64,000 nucleotides of DNA from an uncultured Phycisphaerales bacterium (GTDB taxonomy: Bacteria > Planctomycetota > Phycisphaerae > Tepidisphaerales > Tepidisphaeraceae): assembly GCA_963758525.1 (NCBI GenBank), contig CAVWVQ010000003.1, positions 864,001 to 928,000 on the forward strand, in the 5' to 3' direction. The notes below the pieces were generated by a model. The model was not told the origin of the DNA. It did not search any database and worked only from the letters and a program-made list of their open reading frames with translations. Shown in pieces: positions 31,463-42,883 of the stretch (its first letter is position 1; each line of letters begins with the position of its first letter). A program made the translations under genes and the position numbers.

Positions 31463-32221
31463 CTACTTAGCCGTAACGGGACCGCTGTATCGGTGCCGGA
31501 AGGGGCGTTGTCGAGTCGTAGATACCTCCAGGAGACCATCGCGCACGGATAAATTTATCCAACCGTCGGGCTCCAACCATCCATCGATTTTGCCAGGTTT
31601 GCCGCCCACTTCGTAAGGCACGGTGAAGTGCGAGTTGTCAGCCGAGTCGGTCTGACCGGCGAAGAATTTCAGGCTCTCTTCATTTATATCCGCGATCGTG
31701 AAAGTGCCATCCCCCGCGGGGCTGCTTCGGGCATCCGGGGGATCTCCAAGTCGCGGAGTGTAACACGAGAAATCAAGCTGGGTGCCCATCCGCCGCTCGT
31801 ATTCGATCACCACTAACTGTGGCTTACCACCCACGTGCTGCCGGGAGTGAAGATAGAGCACCGCCCGCTGATGCCGGATCACGGGCCACCCAACATACGG
31901 CTGCAGTTCGACCCAACATTTCAGCGGCCCGACTGCGGAGATCGGCGGCGGCCACCGAAGCGGCGAGAGCATTGGATAATACGTCGGGGTCTCTTCGTCG
32001 CTTACGACCTGGTCGGACGGAGCGCTGTAGCTTAGGCATTGTCGCAACCAATAGTACGCCTTCAGGTGTCCCCAGAGGGCCGGAGCGGCATGCCAGGCCA
32101 TCGCTATCGACAGCGCCGTGGCAGCAATAATCAGCATCCTTGCAATTCGCTGGCGTCGGCTTAGCCGGGGCCGATTAGATGTGTAATCGATTTGACAGAT
32201 CGGCGGCTTGAGCATGTGCAA
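31463..32221 (-). CDS. hypothetical membrane-anchored protein
   Basis: N-terminal TM; C-terminal FFAGQTD.ADNSHFTVPYEV.GK.G.IDGWL segment. Confidence 0.65.
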   Translation of the reverse strand: MHMLKPPICQIDYTSNRPRLSRRQRIARMLIIAATALSIAMAWHAAPALWGHLKAYYWLRQCLSYSAPSDQVVSDEETPTYYPMLSPLRWPPPISAVGPLKCWVELQPYVGWPVIRHQRAVLYLHSRQHVGGKPQLVVIEYERRMGTQLDFSCYTPRLGDPPDARSSPAGDGTFTIADINEESLKFFAGQTDSADNSHFTVPYEVGGKPGKIDGWLEPDGWINLSVRDGLLEVSTTRQRPFRHRYSGPVTAK

Positions 32222-32296
32222 CGGCTGCCCGTAACTTCGTGCGTTGTTGTGTCGACGTCACGTTGCAATAGTCCAGGATCGACATACGGCGCACAA

Positions 32297-33194
32297 TCAG
32301 GGCGTCGAATTTAGCAACTTCATCGCCTTCATCCATTCCGCACAGCGGGCAGGCCAGGTGTGAACGGGATGATCGGACGGCCGCAGGCCATAGCCATGCC
32401 CCCCTGCGGAAAAGATGTGCAGCTCGGCGCTCACCTTGGCTCGCTTTAACGCGAGATACATGAAGACGCTGCTTTCGGAATTGATCGGATCATCATTGGT
32501 CTGAACGATGAACATCGGCGGAGTTTGCGGGGTCACTTTCAGTTCGGGGATAAGCTCATGCGTTTTGTCGTTCACGAGCCACGCAGGATAGATGAGGACG
32601 GAAAAATCCGGCCGGCAACTGATGGCGTCGATGTCATCCAGCGGCGGATACGCGCGCTGATCGTAAGCGGTGCTGGCGCGGGCGGTGAGATTTCCGCCGG
32701 CGGAAAAACCGAGCATCCCGATGCGATGCGGATCGATCTTCCAGTCGGCGGCGTTCTTTCTGACGAGGCTCATCGCGCGCTGCGCGTCCTGCAAGGGCGG
32801 CAAATACGCGGGAAGACCGCTGCGCCGGCACGCGGTATTTCAGCACGATCGCGTTGACGCCGATGGAGTTGAGCCAGGCGGCGATTTCCGTTCCTTCAAG
32901 GTCGAACGCGAGAATTTTGTACGCCCCGCCGGGGCAGATCAGCACGGCCGCGCCGCTGTTGTTTTCGGGCGGCGCGGGAAAAAGCGAGAGGGTTGGAACG
33001 GTGACATCGGTGATTCGATTTACGGGATTCTTCGGCGTGACCGGCGCGAGATGCTCCGGGCCGATTCCTGACGGCTCGCCCGGCGCCGCGGCGGGCCAGA
33101 CGGGAAGCGTGGTGGGCTCGGCCGCAAGCGCCGCGAAAGCGCACGCGAGGCAGCCGAGGAATGCGGCAAGGGGTATCGAATGAACATGGTGCAT
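32297..33194 (-). CDS. secreted alpha/beta hydrolase (acetyl esterase-like; frameshift near 32820)
   Basis: Signal peptide, ICPGGAY, VLKYRVP, GFSAGG nucleophile elbow, GGHGYG. Confidence 0.85.
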
Positions 33195-33258
33195 GCGATC
33201 AAGTTGTACCCGCACGCCACCCTGATTGTGAAGCTTCCAATGCCAGGGCTCGCCATTT

Positions 33259-34649
33259 CTACGGCACAGCCAGCTCGACTTTAGCCCTGTGAATCGCAGG
33301 CGGAAGGCTCGTGCTGCACGGGACCGCGCCCGTTTGCCGTTTGGCATCGACGCGCCTGCTGGCTGCGATCGGACGCCGAAGGCTTTCGATGGAGATGCCG
33401 TTGCGAAGCGCGAGGACCACGCCGGACGCTTCAAGATAGGATTCTACTTCGATCACGTTCTCCATCGGGAGCTGTTCACGGCCGACGCGCAGGATGGTTT
33501 CGTTCTCGCGAACGGCAATCAGCGGAATCCCGCTGTACTGTGCCGCAAGCGCCGGGATCCCGCCCAGGCAGCTTGCCGGAATCACCACGGCGCCAACGTG
33601 ATTGAGCGTCAGCAGATGCTGCGGGGGATTCTGCAAATCGGAGATGGGCACCAATCGCGGCGCGTTGGCCAGCCCCTTGAGAACGCAGAAGTAGTGCGGC
33701 GTGGAGATCAATTCGGCCGAGGCGCAGGGTTGAGCGTGCCGCGCTGCTTCACATTCTGGTAGTACGGCAGCGGCGCATGGGCGGCGGGGACGCGGAACAA
33801 CTTGGAAATCAGATGAGTGATGATCGCTTCGACGCCGCCTGAAGGATTGGGAATTTCGCCGCGGAGATGGGCGGCGGACATTTCCCTGGTGACGCCGTGA
33901 ATGACCGAGACTCCGCCGATTGCTTGTGCGCCGTGGGACAGAAGGATTTCCACTCCATCGAGAATCGCCTGCGGATTGCGAACCGATCCGACGGCGCACC
34001 CTGCCGGCGACCACTCGATCTTGACCCCCAGCTCCTCGGCAAGGATCGAATAGAGGCCGCCGTCTATTCCCCGCACGGCCCTGGCGGCGTTGAGCGTGTT
34101 GATCACGTCGTCGAGATAATCCGCCCCGGTCGGATCGACGAATGTGCCAACGCGGTTGCCCGCGACCCGAAGCAAGCCGAGGTGCCCCAGCAGGAAATCA
34201 TCCAGGCTCTTTCCCTCCACGTAGAGAACGTTGGACGCCATCTCATTCAATTCAGAGGCGTTGACGGCGTTTGGGTGCGTGATGACTACATCGGCGCTGG
34301 CGGCCAGAAGGTTGGTGGCGGGACACGCGTCGCCGGCGTAGCCGCCGATCTCACAACGCAGCCCCGTGGGGACGATCTGTACGACGCCGAATGGCTGCGC
34401 CTGATATTGCTTTCTCCGCGGATGATTCAGCTCGACTTCGCGCAGGGAGGCGGCGTATTTGCTGTCAGGGGAATATTGGACCGTGGTCGCCTCTACGACC
34501 AGCTCGCCTTGCTTCACGGCGACGATTGCGAAGCGCAGCGGATAGCTGTCGGGCTCAAGGTGCTGTTCCAGTGCCGCGGTCACAGTCCTCAGCCAGCCGC
34601 CGTCTGATGCTCGGGCCGGGGTCGTGAAGCTGACATTGTGAATCTTCAT
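33259..34649 (-). CDS. DUF3326 family protein (frameshift near 33715)
   Basis: IVPTG..CEIGGYAGDA, ITHPNAVNAS, LYVEGKSLD, GGVEAIITHL..PAAHAP; C-terminal IAVREN..V.SYLEA.G. Confidence 0.8.
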
Positions 34650-34853
34650 CAGATGCTCCGCTGCCAGTCGGTCTGGTGCGCGCGTTATCGGTCGTGCCAT
34701 GAGCGGGCATGCAGCCGGCAATGGGGTATCGGCTCAAGACCTGCGGAAGTCCAGTCGGCCGGGGCTGCTGCTTCACATGGGAAAACATTCATTTGACGCC
34801 ATTGCGCTGTGGTCTGAAGCGTCGATATAGCGGTGGAGAGAAACGAAAAGACG

Positions 34854-36164
34854 ATGCCACTGATCCGCCGGCACGCGTTGCCGGATCGCGCAGGACTGGG
34901 ACGACCATTACCAATGATCCGGCGACTTCAATCCACGTGCGCGAGAGTTCTCTGGAAGGCGTACGAACGCGCGCCCGAGCCGCTGGCGAAATTCGCAGGC
35001 TGCGCGCGACGCGCTGTTGCACCGCTGAGTGAGCTGCGCGTTCCCCTCGCATGGTACGCCGGACGGACGCCAGCGGGACTTTCGGCGCGCGTGCTGACCG
35101 CCGGAGAAGGCCTGGCGACCAAATACTTCCTGGCGCGGACTTTCCTGAACGAGCCGGTCCGCACCTCCGGCGGTTCAGTTCTTCTGACATCCCTCCCGCG
35201 CGTGTTGCGCCAATTGCGCGGCGAAGCGGACTTGACGATCGCGGAGATGGACCGCATCGCATCCGACCTGCTCTTTGAATCTGATTATCTCCGCGTCCCC
35301 GCCTGGATTCTGGCGACGATGCCGGTGTCCAAAGAAATGAAGCCACTGGCAACGCGCAATCGCGACACGCGCAACGACTGGAGGGTGGTCCGTCGCAGCG
35401 GCCTGCGAATTGAAACGTCGCACCGGCGCGAGGACTTTGAGATGTTTTGCAGCGAGATGTATCTCCCGTTCATCCGCCAGCGCCATGGCTCCCAGAGCAT
35501 CCTGCGCTCTGCCGGCTACCTTCGGCGCAGCTTTCTCAAGGGCGGGCTCTTCTTCGTGTGTGATGGAGAGCAGCGCATTGCAGCCACGCTTTACACCGTG
35601 AGCGGCGCCGTCATGCGGATGCTCTGCTTTGGGACGATGGGCGGAGACTACGAACCGGTGCGCCGTGGCGCCATGTGTGCGCTTTATGTCTACTCGGCTG
35701 AACTGGCGCAAAGCCAGGGCTGCACCATGCTGGATTACGGCGGATCGCGGCCGTGCGCCCGCGACGGCGTGCTCCAGTTCAAGCGGAAGTGGGAGATGGA
35801 CTTTGCCTGCAAGGACGACGTGCGGATCGATCTGCTGATGCGATGGTCCCCACAACGCCCGTTCATCGAGGAGTTTCTGACGCACTCGCCCCTCTTCTTC
35901 CGCCAGGGTCACGAATTGAATCTGCTGGCGTCTTCGCCGGCAATCGGGCCGGCACTGCTGCGCGAGCAGTTGTGGGTGAACGGGCTGAGACGCATGTATG
36001 TGATGGGAGCCCGCTCCAATCACCCATTGCCCGATGGCGTGGTGCTCAGCGATCCGCTGCACGACACGGCAACACCCGCGCGACCTGCCGAGACAACCCC
36101 TTTGCCCTCGCTCGAACATGTGCGCCGGCACGGAATGGAAAAACTGCGGGAGATGGCGCGATGA
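34854..36164 (+). CDS. GNAT-superfamily (FemAB/acetyltransferase-like) protein
   Basis: C-terminal GNAT-like LDYGGSRP...GVLQFKRKW; ATGA overlap with the next gene. Confidence 0.65.
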   Translation: MPLIRRHALPDRAGLGRPLPMIRRLQSTCARVLWKAYERAPEPLAKFAGCARRAVAPLSELRVPLAWYAGRTPAGLSARVLTAGEGLATKYFLARTFLNEPVRTSGGSVLLTSLPRVLRQLRGEADLTIAEMDRIASDLLFESDYLRVPAWILATMPVSKEMKPLATRNRDTRNDWRVVRRSGLRIETSHRREDFEMFCSEMYLPFIRQRHGSQSILRSAGYLRRSFLKGGLFFVCDGEQRIAATLYTVSGAVMRMLCFGTMGGDYEPVRRGAMCALYVYSAELAQSQGCTMLDYGGSRPCARDGVLQFKRKWEMDFACKDDVRIDLLMRWSPQRPFIEEFLTHSPLFFRQGHELNLLASSPAIGPALLREQLWVNGLRRMYVMGARSNHPLPDGVVLSDPLHDTATPARPAETTPLPSLEHVRRHGMEKLREMAR

Positions 36165-37549
36165 GTTCGCCAGCCGAGCGGACGCGCGGACTGGTCCTCT
36201 CGGCCCGCTATCCGAAGCTCGATCGGCACGCGCTGCGCACATTTCGTGATCGGCGGGTGCGCCTGCTCGTGCGTCACGCTTATCACCACGTTCCGTTCTA
36301 TCGCAGGCTCTATGACGAACACGGCGTCGATCCGCGCGCGATTCGCGGCGTCGAAGACCTGCAGAAGCTGCCGATCGTCACCAAGCCGATGCTTCAAGGC
36401 CTGCCCATCGAGCAGCGACTGGCGAGCGGAACGGACCATCGCCGTCTCATTGTGCGAAAAACCAGCGGCTCATCGGGGGAGCCATTCTGCATCGCGCACA
36501 CCTGGATTGAAGAACGCTCGCTGGGGCTGCTCCGCTGGCGCGCGATGTTCGATATGGGGTATCGCCCCACCGATCGACACGCCGGCGTACTGATGACGCA
36601 CCCGAGCCAGCGGGCGGATGTGCAGTTGCCGCTCCGCGTTCTGCGCGCCGCCGGCGTGCTTCGCCAGACGCATATCGATTGTTTGCAGGAACCCGCGATG
36701 ATCCTCGAAGCGCTGCAATCGGCGGATCCCCAGGTAATTACCGGCTTTCCTGGCGTGCTGGCACGCGTCGCCGCATTGTCGCAACAGCGCAATGTTACGA
36801 ATTTGCGGCCGCGACTCATCACCACGGGCGGCGAAACCATCACGCCGCTGATGCGAAAGCAGATCGAGCAGGGTTTCGCCGCGCCTCTTTACGACGCATA
36901 TGGATGCCATGAATTCAATCTGCTTGCCTGGCAGTGCAGAGAGGGAACGATGCACACCTGCGACGACGGGAGCATCGTGGAAGTTCTGCAGCCAGACGGC
37001 GCCGCCGCTCCGCCCGGCGGCCGGGGCGAAGTGGTCGGCACCAACCTTCACTCCTTCGCGATGCCGTTCATTCGCTACCGCATGGCCGACATCGTTACCC
37101 GCGGCGAGGACCGCTGCGGATGCGGCAGCCCGTTCGCTTCGATCGCATCGATCCAGGGACGCATGGTCGATCATTTCCAACTGCCCGGCGGACGCCTGAT
37201 CCACCCCTGGGAGTTGGCCGCTCACGGGATTGTGAATCCGGAAATTGTCCGCGAATATCAGCTCCTGCAGGAAAGCGAATCCCGGGTGCTTCTACGGATC
37301 GTCCCGCAACGTCCACTCAACGAATGGGAATTGAGCCATCTCGCAAAGCCGGTGCAACAGATGCTCGGCCCGGACGTGTCATTTGAGCTGCGCCTGGTGG
37401 AAAGAATCCCCTTGGAAGTGACGGGCAAATTCCGTGTGGCCCGATCGCTCGTGAAGTCCAACTATGACAACTTCGCCTGGCGGACCGGGGAGCCAACCGC
37501 CCCGGACGTTGTTTCCCGCAAGGCGGCGACTTCGCGCAATCACGGGTGA
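36161..37549 (+). CDS. phenylacetate-CoA ligase/CapK-like adenylate-forming enzyme
   Basis: HAYHHVPFYR, LPIVTK, TSGSSGEP, YGCHE, MPFIRYRMAD, IQGR, GKFR. Confidence 0.88.
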   Translation: MSSPAERTRGLVLSARYPKLDRHALRTFRDRRVRLLVRHAYHHVPFYRRLYDEHGVDPRAIRGVEDLQKLPIVTKPMLQGLPIEQRLASGTDHRRLIVRKTSGSSGEPFCIAHTWIEERSLGLLRWRAMFDMGYRPTDRHAGVLMTHPSQRADVQLPLRVLRAAGVLRQTHIDCLQEPAMILEALQSADPQVITGFPGVLARVAALSQQRNVTNLRPRLITTGGETITPLMRKQIEQGFAAPLYDAYGCHEFNLLAWQCREGTMHTCDDGSIVEVLQPDGAAAPPGGRGEVVGTNLHSFAMPFIRYRMADIVTRGEDRCGCGSPFASIASIQGRMVDHFQLPGGRLIHPWELAAHGIVNPEIVREYQLLQESESRVLLRIVPQRPLNEWELSHLAKPVQQMLGPDVSFELRLVERIPLEVTGKFRVARSLVKSNYDNFAWRTGEPTAPDVVSRKAATSRNHG

Positions 37550-37610
37550 GGGTTCAGGGTTCAGTACCTCTGTTTTCCGCTGAACCCTGAACCCTGACAC
37601 CCTGAACCCT
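37548..37610. repeat. inverted heptamer repeats (GGGTTCA)n...(CTGAACC)n, terminator-like hairpin
   Basis: GAGGGTTCAGGGTTCAG ... CTGAACCCTGAACCCTGACACCCTGAACCCT between convergent genes. Confidence 0.8.
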
Positions 37611-37721
37611 TTCCGACTCCTGGCGCAGAAGAACGCTTCAGAGTTTCTGCATCGGCATTTTAGTTTAGCGGCTGCCCGCAGGGCAGCGGGGTGTCTTGCA
37701 ACTGCGCACCCTCGCGCACGC

Positions 37722-38993
37722 TCATTTAATCAAATCGGCAAGATCCGTAGCAGGATCTTTGAACAGCTCTTCATTCCCGTTGATTCTGGTGCGTGCGGCG
37801 ACGAGGGAACGGAGGGTGTCGTCCTCGCCGAGGTGATTGACGGCGAGAATCTGAGCGATGCGACCGTCGGAGGCGATGCCGATTTCGACAAAGTTGGGGG
37901 AATCCGGATTGGCCGACCCGCGCAGGAGGCGGCGCTCGACCTGGCGGGCTTCCCCCCAGCCGTTGAGCGAGAGATCGAAGACATCGCTGAAGAAGTTGTT
38001 GACCGCGGAGTAAGGCTCGCGCCGCCCAGCCATGTTACGGCCGGCAAGGGCGCCGCTGACGCGGGCGTGATCCCAGTGGTCGATATTGCGGTGCTTGCCG
38101 AACAGCGGATCGAATAGCGCGGCACAGTCGCCGGCGGCCCAGATGGACGGGACGTTGGTCTGGCAGAATTCGTCGGTGAGGATCGCGCGCTCGGCGGTGA
38201 TAGGCGTGCCGCGCAGAAGCTCGCGATTGACGTTCATCCCGATCGCGGCAACGACAAAATCAGCGGTAACGACAGTTCCACCCGCAACGACGCGTTGAAC
38301 CCGGCCGTCTCCCTCGATCCGCTGCGGGGGAGATTGTGCCAGGACAGAAATATGATGATTGGCGAGATAGCGCGCCAGGACGCTGCCGGTATTTTCGCCG
38401 GCAAACTTCTCCCAGGGGAATGCCGTCGCCAGGAGGAGGGTGACGGCCAACCCCGAGGCGCCCAGCGACGCGGCAATCTCCACGCCGAGCAGGCCTCCGC
38501 CCACGACCACTGCATGCCCGCGCCCGTTGTCGTGAGCGCGGCCCTCGGCTCTGGCTTTGTCGATCGCCTTGTGCAGTCGCTCGGCATCCTGAAGCGTGCG
38601 AAGGTAGAAGACGTTGGGAAGATCCGCGCCGGGAACATCGAGCCGGGCAGGCACGCCGCCGGTGGCGATCAGCACGTGATCGAAGGAAATCTCCTCTCCG
38701 CTGTCGAGCGTGGCGGACCGGCGCGAGGCGTCGAGATGCGCACAGCGACTGCCGGTGCGAAGCGTGATGTGCTGCTCCTCAAACCAATCAGGCCCATGGA
38801 CGAACAACTCCGCCCGCGGCTTTTGCCGGCGAAGGTATTCCTTGCTTAATGGGGGACGATGATACGGTCCGCTGATCTCCTGGCTGACGAGCGTGATGCT
38901 CGCCGCCTGATCGATCTCGCGGATCGCCTCGGCGGCAGCGCTGCTGGCGAGGCCGCCGCCGATCAACAGATATTTCACGTGAGGAACGCTCAT
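37722..38993 (-). CDS. FAD/NAD(P)-dependent oxidoreductase (ferredoxin reductase-like)
   Basis: IGGGLAS, PYHRPPLSK, IATGG, VGGGLLGVE, WAAGD. Confidence 0.9.
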   Translation of the reverse strand: MSVPHVKYLLIGGGLASSAAAEAIREIDQAASITLVSQEISGPYHRPPLSKEYLRRQKPRAELFVHGPDWFEEQHITLRTGSRCAHLDASRRSATLDSGEEISFDHVLIATGGVPARLDVPGADLPNVFYLRTLQDAERLHKAIDKARAEGRAHDNGRGHAVVVGGGLLGVEIAASLGASGLAVTLLLATAFPWEKFAGENTGSVLARYLANHHISVLAQSPPQRIEGDGRVQRVVAGGTVVTADFVVAAIGMNVNRELLRGTPITAERAILTDEFCQTNVPSIWAAGDCAALFDPLFGKHRNIDHWDHARVSGALAGRNMAGRREPYSAVNNFFSDVFDLSLNGWGEARQVERRLLRGSANPDSPNFVEIGIASDGRIAQILAVNHLGEDDTLRSLVAARTRINGNEELFKDPATDLADLIK

Positions 38994-39076
38994 GTGCTTC
39001 CTGCTCGGTTGGTGTCCTTACTATTGTATCGTCGGAGAGCCGGGAAAGTTCGTGAGGAAAAGAGGGGGGATAGATA

Positions 39077-39197
39077 AGGCACGGAGGCACGGAGGGGCAA
39101 ATTGCAAATTGAGGATTGCAAATTGCAAATTGAAAGAACTGGGAGCCCTTGGGCGTGCTGGCGTTGTCTGGCCAAATTGAAACTTGCAAATTGCAAG
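39077..39197. repeat. composite short repeats (GGCACGGA)n + (ATTGCAA)n
   Basis: Same two-motif module as 19631-19743. Confidence 0.85.
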
Positions 39198-39244
39198 CTC
39201 GCGGTCCGCGCACCGGCTGTTTTGGTGCCGCCGTGCCCACCCAG

Positions 39245-39466
39245 CTACTTCTGGCGGAAGACGATACGGCCTCTGGTCAGATCGTAGGGGGAAAGCTGCA
39301 CTTTGACGCGGTCGCCGGGCAGGATGCGGATGAAGTGCTTGCGCATTTTGCCTGAGACGATGCCGAGGATTTCGCGCTCGGAATTGTCGAGGCGCAGCTT
39401 GAACATCGCGTTCGGCAGCGCCGTTGTCACGGTCGCTTCAATCTCAATCGGCTCGGACTTTGCCAC
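39245..39466 (-). CDS. infA: translation initiation factor IF-1
   Basis: [38 protein letters not shown]. Confidence 0.98.
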   Translation of the reverse strand: MAKSEPIEIEATVTTALPNAMFKLRLDNSEREILGIVSGKMRKHFIRILPGDRVKVQLSPYDLTRGRIVFRQK

Positions 39467-39594
39467 AGTTACCCTTCTCTCCGCGGAACTTCAGTCGAAA
39501 CCGCTATCATACGCGAGGATCGCAGGGCGAACAAGGCGGGGAAGAAACCCGGAAATTGTCGGGTGTGGCGCTCGAAAGTGGCGATCGGCTCCGA

Positions 39595-39662
39595 GTAGGG
39601 CGGGATTCATCCCGCCGATTTGTTGGCCGGCTGAGAAAACGGCGGGATGAATCCCGCCCTAC
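39595..39662. repeat. GTAG-type REP doublet (REPIN-like)
   Basis: GTAGGGCGGGATTCATCCCGCC ... GGCGGGATGAATCCCGCCCTAC; related single copy at 56468-56490. Confidence 0.85.
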
Positions 39663-39709
39663 GATCGCAAAATCTGCAATCGCCACAAATAAAAGTTACA
39701 CCCAAATTG

Positions 39710-40426
39710 TCAGTGCCCGTCAACCCGTAGCGGATTGCACCAGAATCCGCCGGCGGTAGGGACTGCGAGGGCCGATTGATACTCCGCGCCGCTCATCCAG
39801 GCGACCGACCCATCGATCATCCCAATTTGGCCTCCATTATTGTGACGGATGGTCAAACCATCCCACGGGTAAGCAGAGCCATCATTCCACGAATTGGCCG
39901 TCACATTGCCGGGCTCATCTTCGCCGGCCTCCCAAAACAAAATATTTCCGGGTTTGAACTGGCGCATGGGGAGCGACCAGGTTCTCGATCCAAACGCGAG
40001 AACAGCCATATTCATCATGTAGCTGGTGAGATGCTGGCTCGGACCCGAAGTGTAATCCGTGGGGGCCATCGCGCAGCGGTATACTTCACGCGTTCGCAGA
40101 TACTGCCACAGCGAACCAGTTTCCACCTGAGATTCGTCGGCGGGGTTCGCGATGGGCGGCATGTAGAGCCATCCGACACGCGGCGGAGTCATCTCAATCG
40201 CGATGTCGTTTGGTTGAGGAAGTGAGCCGGCGTTGTCACCGACATATGCAATTGTCGCTTCGATCAACTGGTGGAGATTGGAGGAGCACTTGACACGTCC
40301 GGCCGTCTCGCGAGCTCGATGCAGGAGCGGCGCCAGCACCGCGATCAGCAGCGCAATGATTCCGATGCAGACGAGCAATTCGATGAGGCTGAACGCCGCA
40401 GGCCGATGAGACGAGTTGCGAAGCAT
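39710..40426 (-). CDS. prepilin-type N-terminal cleavage/methylation (DUF1559-like) protein
   Basis: AFSLIELLVCIGIIALLIAVL.P...ARE...CSSNLHQ; C-terminal RHNNGG.IGMIDGSV (H-X9-DG). Confidence 0.88.
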   Translation of the reverse strand: MLRNSSHRPAAFSLIELLVCIGIIALLIAVLAPLLHRARETAGRVKCSSNLHQLIEATIAYVGDNAGSLPQPNDIAIEMTPPRVGWLYMPPIANPADESQVETGSLWQYLRTREVYRCAMAPTDYTSGPSQHLTSYMMNMAVLAFGSRTWSLPMRQFKPGNILFWEAGEDEPGNVTANSWNDGSAYPWDGLTIRHNNGGQIGMIDGSVAWMSGAEYQSALAVPTAGGFWCNPLRVDGH

Positions 40427-40524
40427 CGCACCCCCATGTTGGGTGCGAGCACCTTATGCATCCCGCCGCACGTGCGTCAAAAATTTTTGCTTTTCGCAAC
40501 GGGGGCGTCTGTGGGTTCGGTCGG

Positions 40525-42106
40525 TCAGACCGCGTCGGCTCGGACTGCCTCGAGCATTGATCGCACGAGTCCCGGAATGTTGTACGTGTCGGCCTGCACG
40601 GCGGGTGTGTAGCCAAGATCCTCGAGCGTGCGCGTGGTGATGGGGCCGATGCTCGCGAGGCGAATCTTTTTCAGCATCTCGCGCCGCGGGGCTGAGCAAC
40701 GCGACGAGATTCCGGGCGGTGCTGCTGCTCGTGAAGGTGATCCATGCGACATCGCCGGCGTCGAGCGCTGCAAGGAACGCCGGCGGCAGCGAGGTTGCGG
40801 GGCGCGTGTGGTAGACGGAGACGTCGGAAACTTGTGCCGCGTTTCCCTTCACGAGTCGCTCGGCAAGCAACGGCCGGGCAATATCGGCGCGAAGGAGCAG
40901 AAAATTCCGGCCGGCGATCTCGTCCGCCTGCGCCAGTGCATCGGCCAGAGCCTCGGCTACGAAAGACTCGGGGCAAAGATCGACGCGAAGGCAAAGGCTG
41001 TCGCGGATTGCGGCTGCGGTGGCGTCGCCGATGGCGGCGATTTTGACATCGTGAAACGCGCGGGCGTCCCGACCGGTTTCCATCAGCCGCTGCCGGACAA
41101 ACTCCACGCCGTTGGCGCTGGTGAAAATGACCCAGTCATAATCCTCGATGTGTTCCAGCGCCTCGTCGACTTTCGACCATTCCCCAGGGGCCGCGAGCTC
41201 GATTGTGGGCGCTTCGATGACCGAAGCGCCAAGCTCGCAGAGTTCTCGTGAAAGGTCGCTGGCCTGTTGCCGTGTGCGAGTGACGACGACGGTTTGGCCG
41301 AAAAACGGGCGCGACTCGAACCAACTGATCGTTTGCCGCAGTTCGACAACCCGGCCGATGATCGTCAGCGCGGGCGGACCGATCCCGGCGGATTCCGCCA
41401 GCGCGGGCAGGGTTTCGATGGTGCCAACGATCGTGCGCTGGCGTGGCGTGGTGCCCCACTGAATCGTCGCGGCGGCGGTCGTTGGCGCCATCCCATGATC
41501 GATCAGCTTTCGGCAGATGCGCGGGAGCGACTTTGCCCCCATATAAAAAGCAAGACACGGCAACTTCGCGAGGACCGCGTAATCCAAATCCGAAGCGCCC
41601 GCTGGCGCATCGGCGGCACGCGCGACGGCGGCCGGGTCCTGATATTCCTGTTCTTTTTCGTGTCCGGTGATGAGCGTGAAGCTGGAGTTCAAGTCACGAT
41701 GCGTGACGGGGATTCCAGCATACGCCGGCGCGGCAATGGCCGCCGTAATTCCGGGAACGACTTCAAAGCGAACCCTGGCTTTGGCGAGCGCTTCGCATTC
41801 TTCGCCGCCGCGTCCGAAGATGAACGGATCGCCGCCCTTGAGTCGAGCCACTCGTTTCCCCTCCAACGCCTTTTCCACCATCAGTTGGTTGATCTTCTCC
41901 TGCGTGAGGGAATGATCCGATGCTTTTTTCCCGACGTAGATTTGCTCGACATCCTCCCTGCAATAATCAAGCAGCCGCACGTTGGCCAATGCATCGTAGA
42001 CGACAACGTCTGCGTCAGCGAGCAGATTTGCCCCGCGGACGGTGATCAGCCCTTCGTCCCCCGGTCCCGCGCCGATCAGGTAGACAACTCCGGACGATTG
42101 CGACAT
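40525..42106 (-). CDS. cobA: uroporphyrinogen-III C-methyltransferase/synthase fusion (CobA-HemD; frameshift near 40690)
   Basis: GAGPGD, RLKGGDPFIFGRGGEE, VPGIT; HemD VVVTR, FTSANGV, FTSSST, ASIGPIT. Confidence 0.93.
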
Positions 42107-42233
42107 GCAGTGAATGGTAATGCCAAGATGCCGCCGTGGGGAATGATGGCGACGGAAATGCGGCAGGTGATTGGAAGCGAGTGGGGATCAAATGAAGGCC
42201 GCCGCGGTTCGAACTCGGCATCTCCCGCTCTTA

Positions 42234-42290
42234 CTGAACCCTGACACCCTGAACCCTGACACCCTCAACTCTGACACCCTCAACTCTGAT
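42234..42290. repeat. heptamer-derived repeat (CTGAACC/CTGACACC)n
   Basis: Same family as 23284 and 37548. Confidence 0.8.
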
Positions 42291-42495
42291 GCTCTGAGCC
42301 CTCTTCATGTCCGATAACAGCGCTCGCGTCGGACTGACCAACAGCCCGTCGGCGCGCCGCATAATTTCAACAGGACAACTGGCTAAACCGGGTAAACCCT
42401 GCGGCGCGTATCGCCGATGGAACCAATGCGCGGCCCAGGCGTGGAGTGACGGAACACCCGGCCTGTCCGCTGCTTATAGATGTTTGGAGCCGCTT

Positions 42496-42846
42496 ATGGT
42501 TGCACTGCTCAAGATGCCCGCTCGAATCGGTCCCGCGGACGATCAGGACAATCGCCGGATCTTTCCCCGCAAGGAATGTCACGCTCAGGTCGAGGGACGG
42601 CGCATGGATCACAGTGTCATCGCCCATCGCTTCCCGCGCTTCACGCTGGCTCTTCGCGACCTCTCCTTCGGCGGCCTCTCTGCCATCAGCCAGACCCCGC
42701 TCGACCGCGGCGAGCGGCTCGCGGTCTACTTTCCCAAGCAGGGCGAGCTGCAGGAGTGGGACGCGGTCGGCCGAGTGCTTCGCTGCGACACCAGCAGTCT
42801 GGGATATCGGGTTGCCGTCGAGTTTGATCCGCTGCCGGCAGCGTAG
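42496..42846 (+). CDS. PilZ domain protein
   Basis: RRIFPR (RxxxR) and DLSFGG (DxSxxG) c-di-GMP motifs. Confidence 0.85.
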   Translation: MVALLKMPARIGPADDQDNRRIFPRKECHAQVEGRRMDHSVIAHRFPRFTLALRDLSFGGLSAISQTPLDRGERLAVYFPKQGELQEWDAVGRVLRCDTSSLGYRVAVEFDPLPAA

Positions 42847-42883
42847 TGCGCGCCCCCGAGTAATAAACTGCGCCCTGTAGGAC

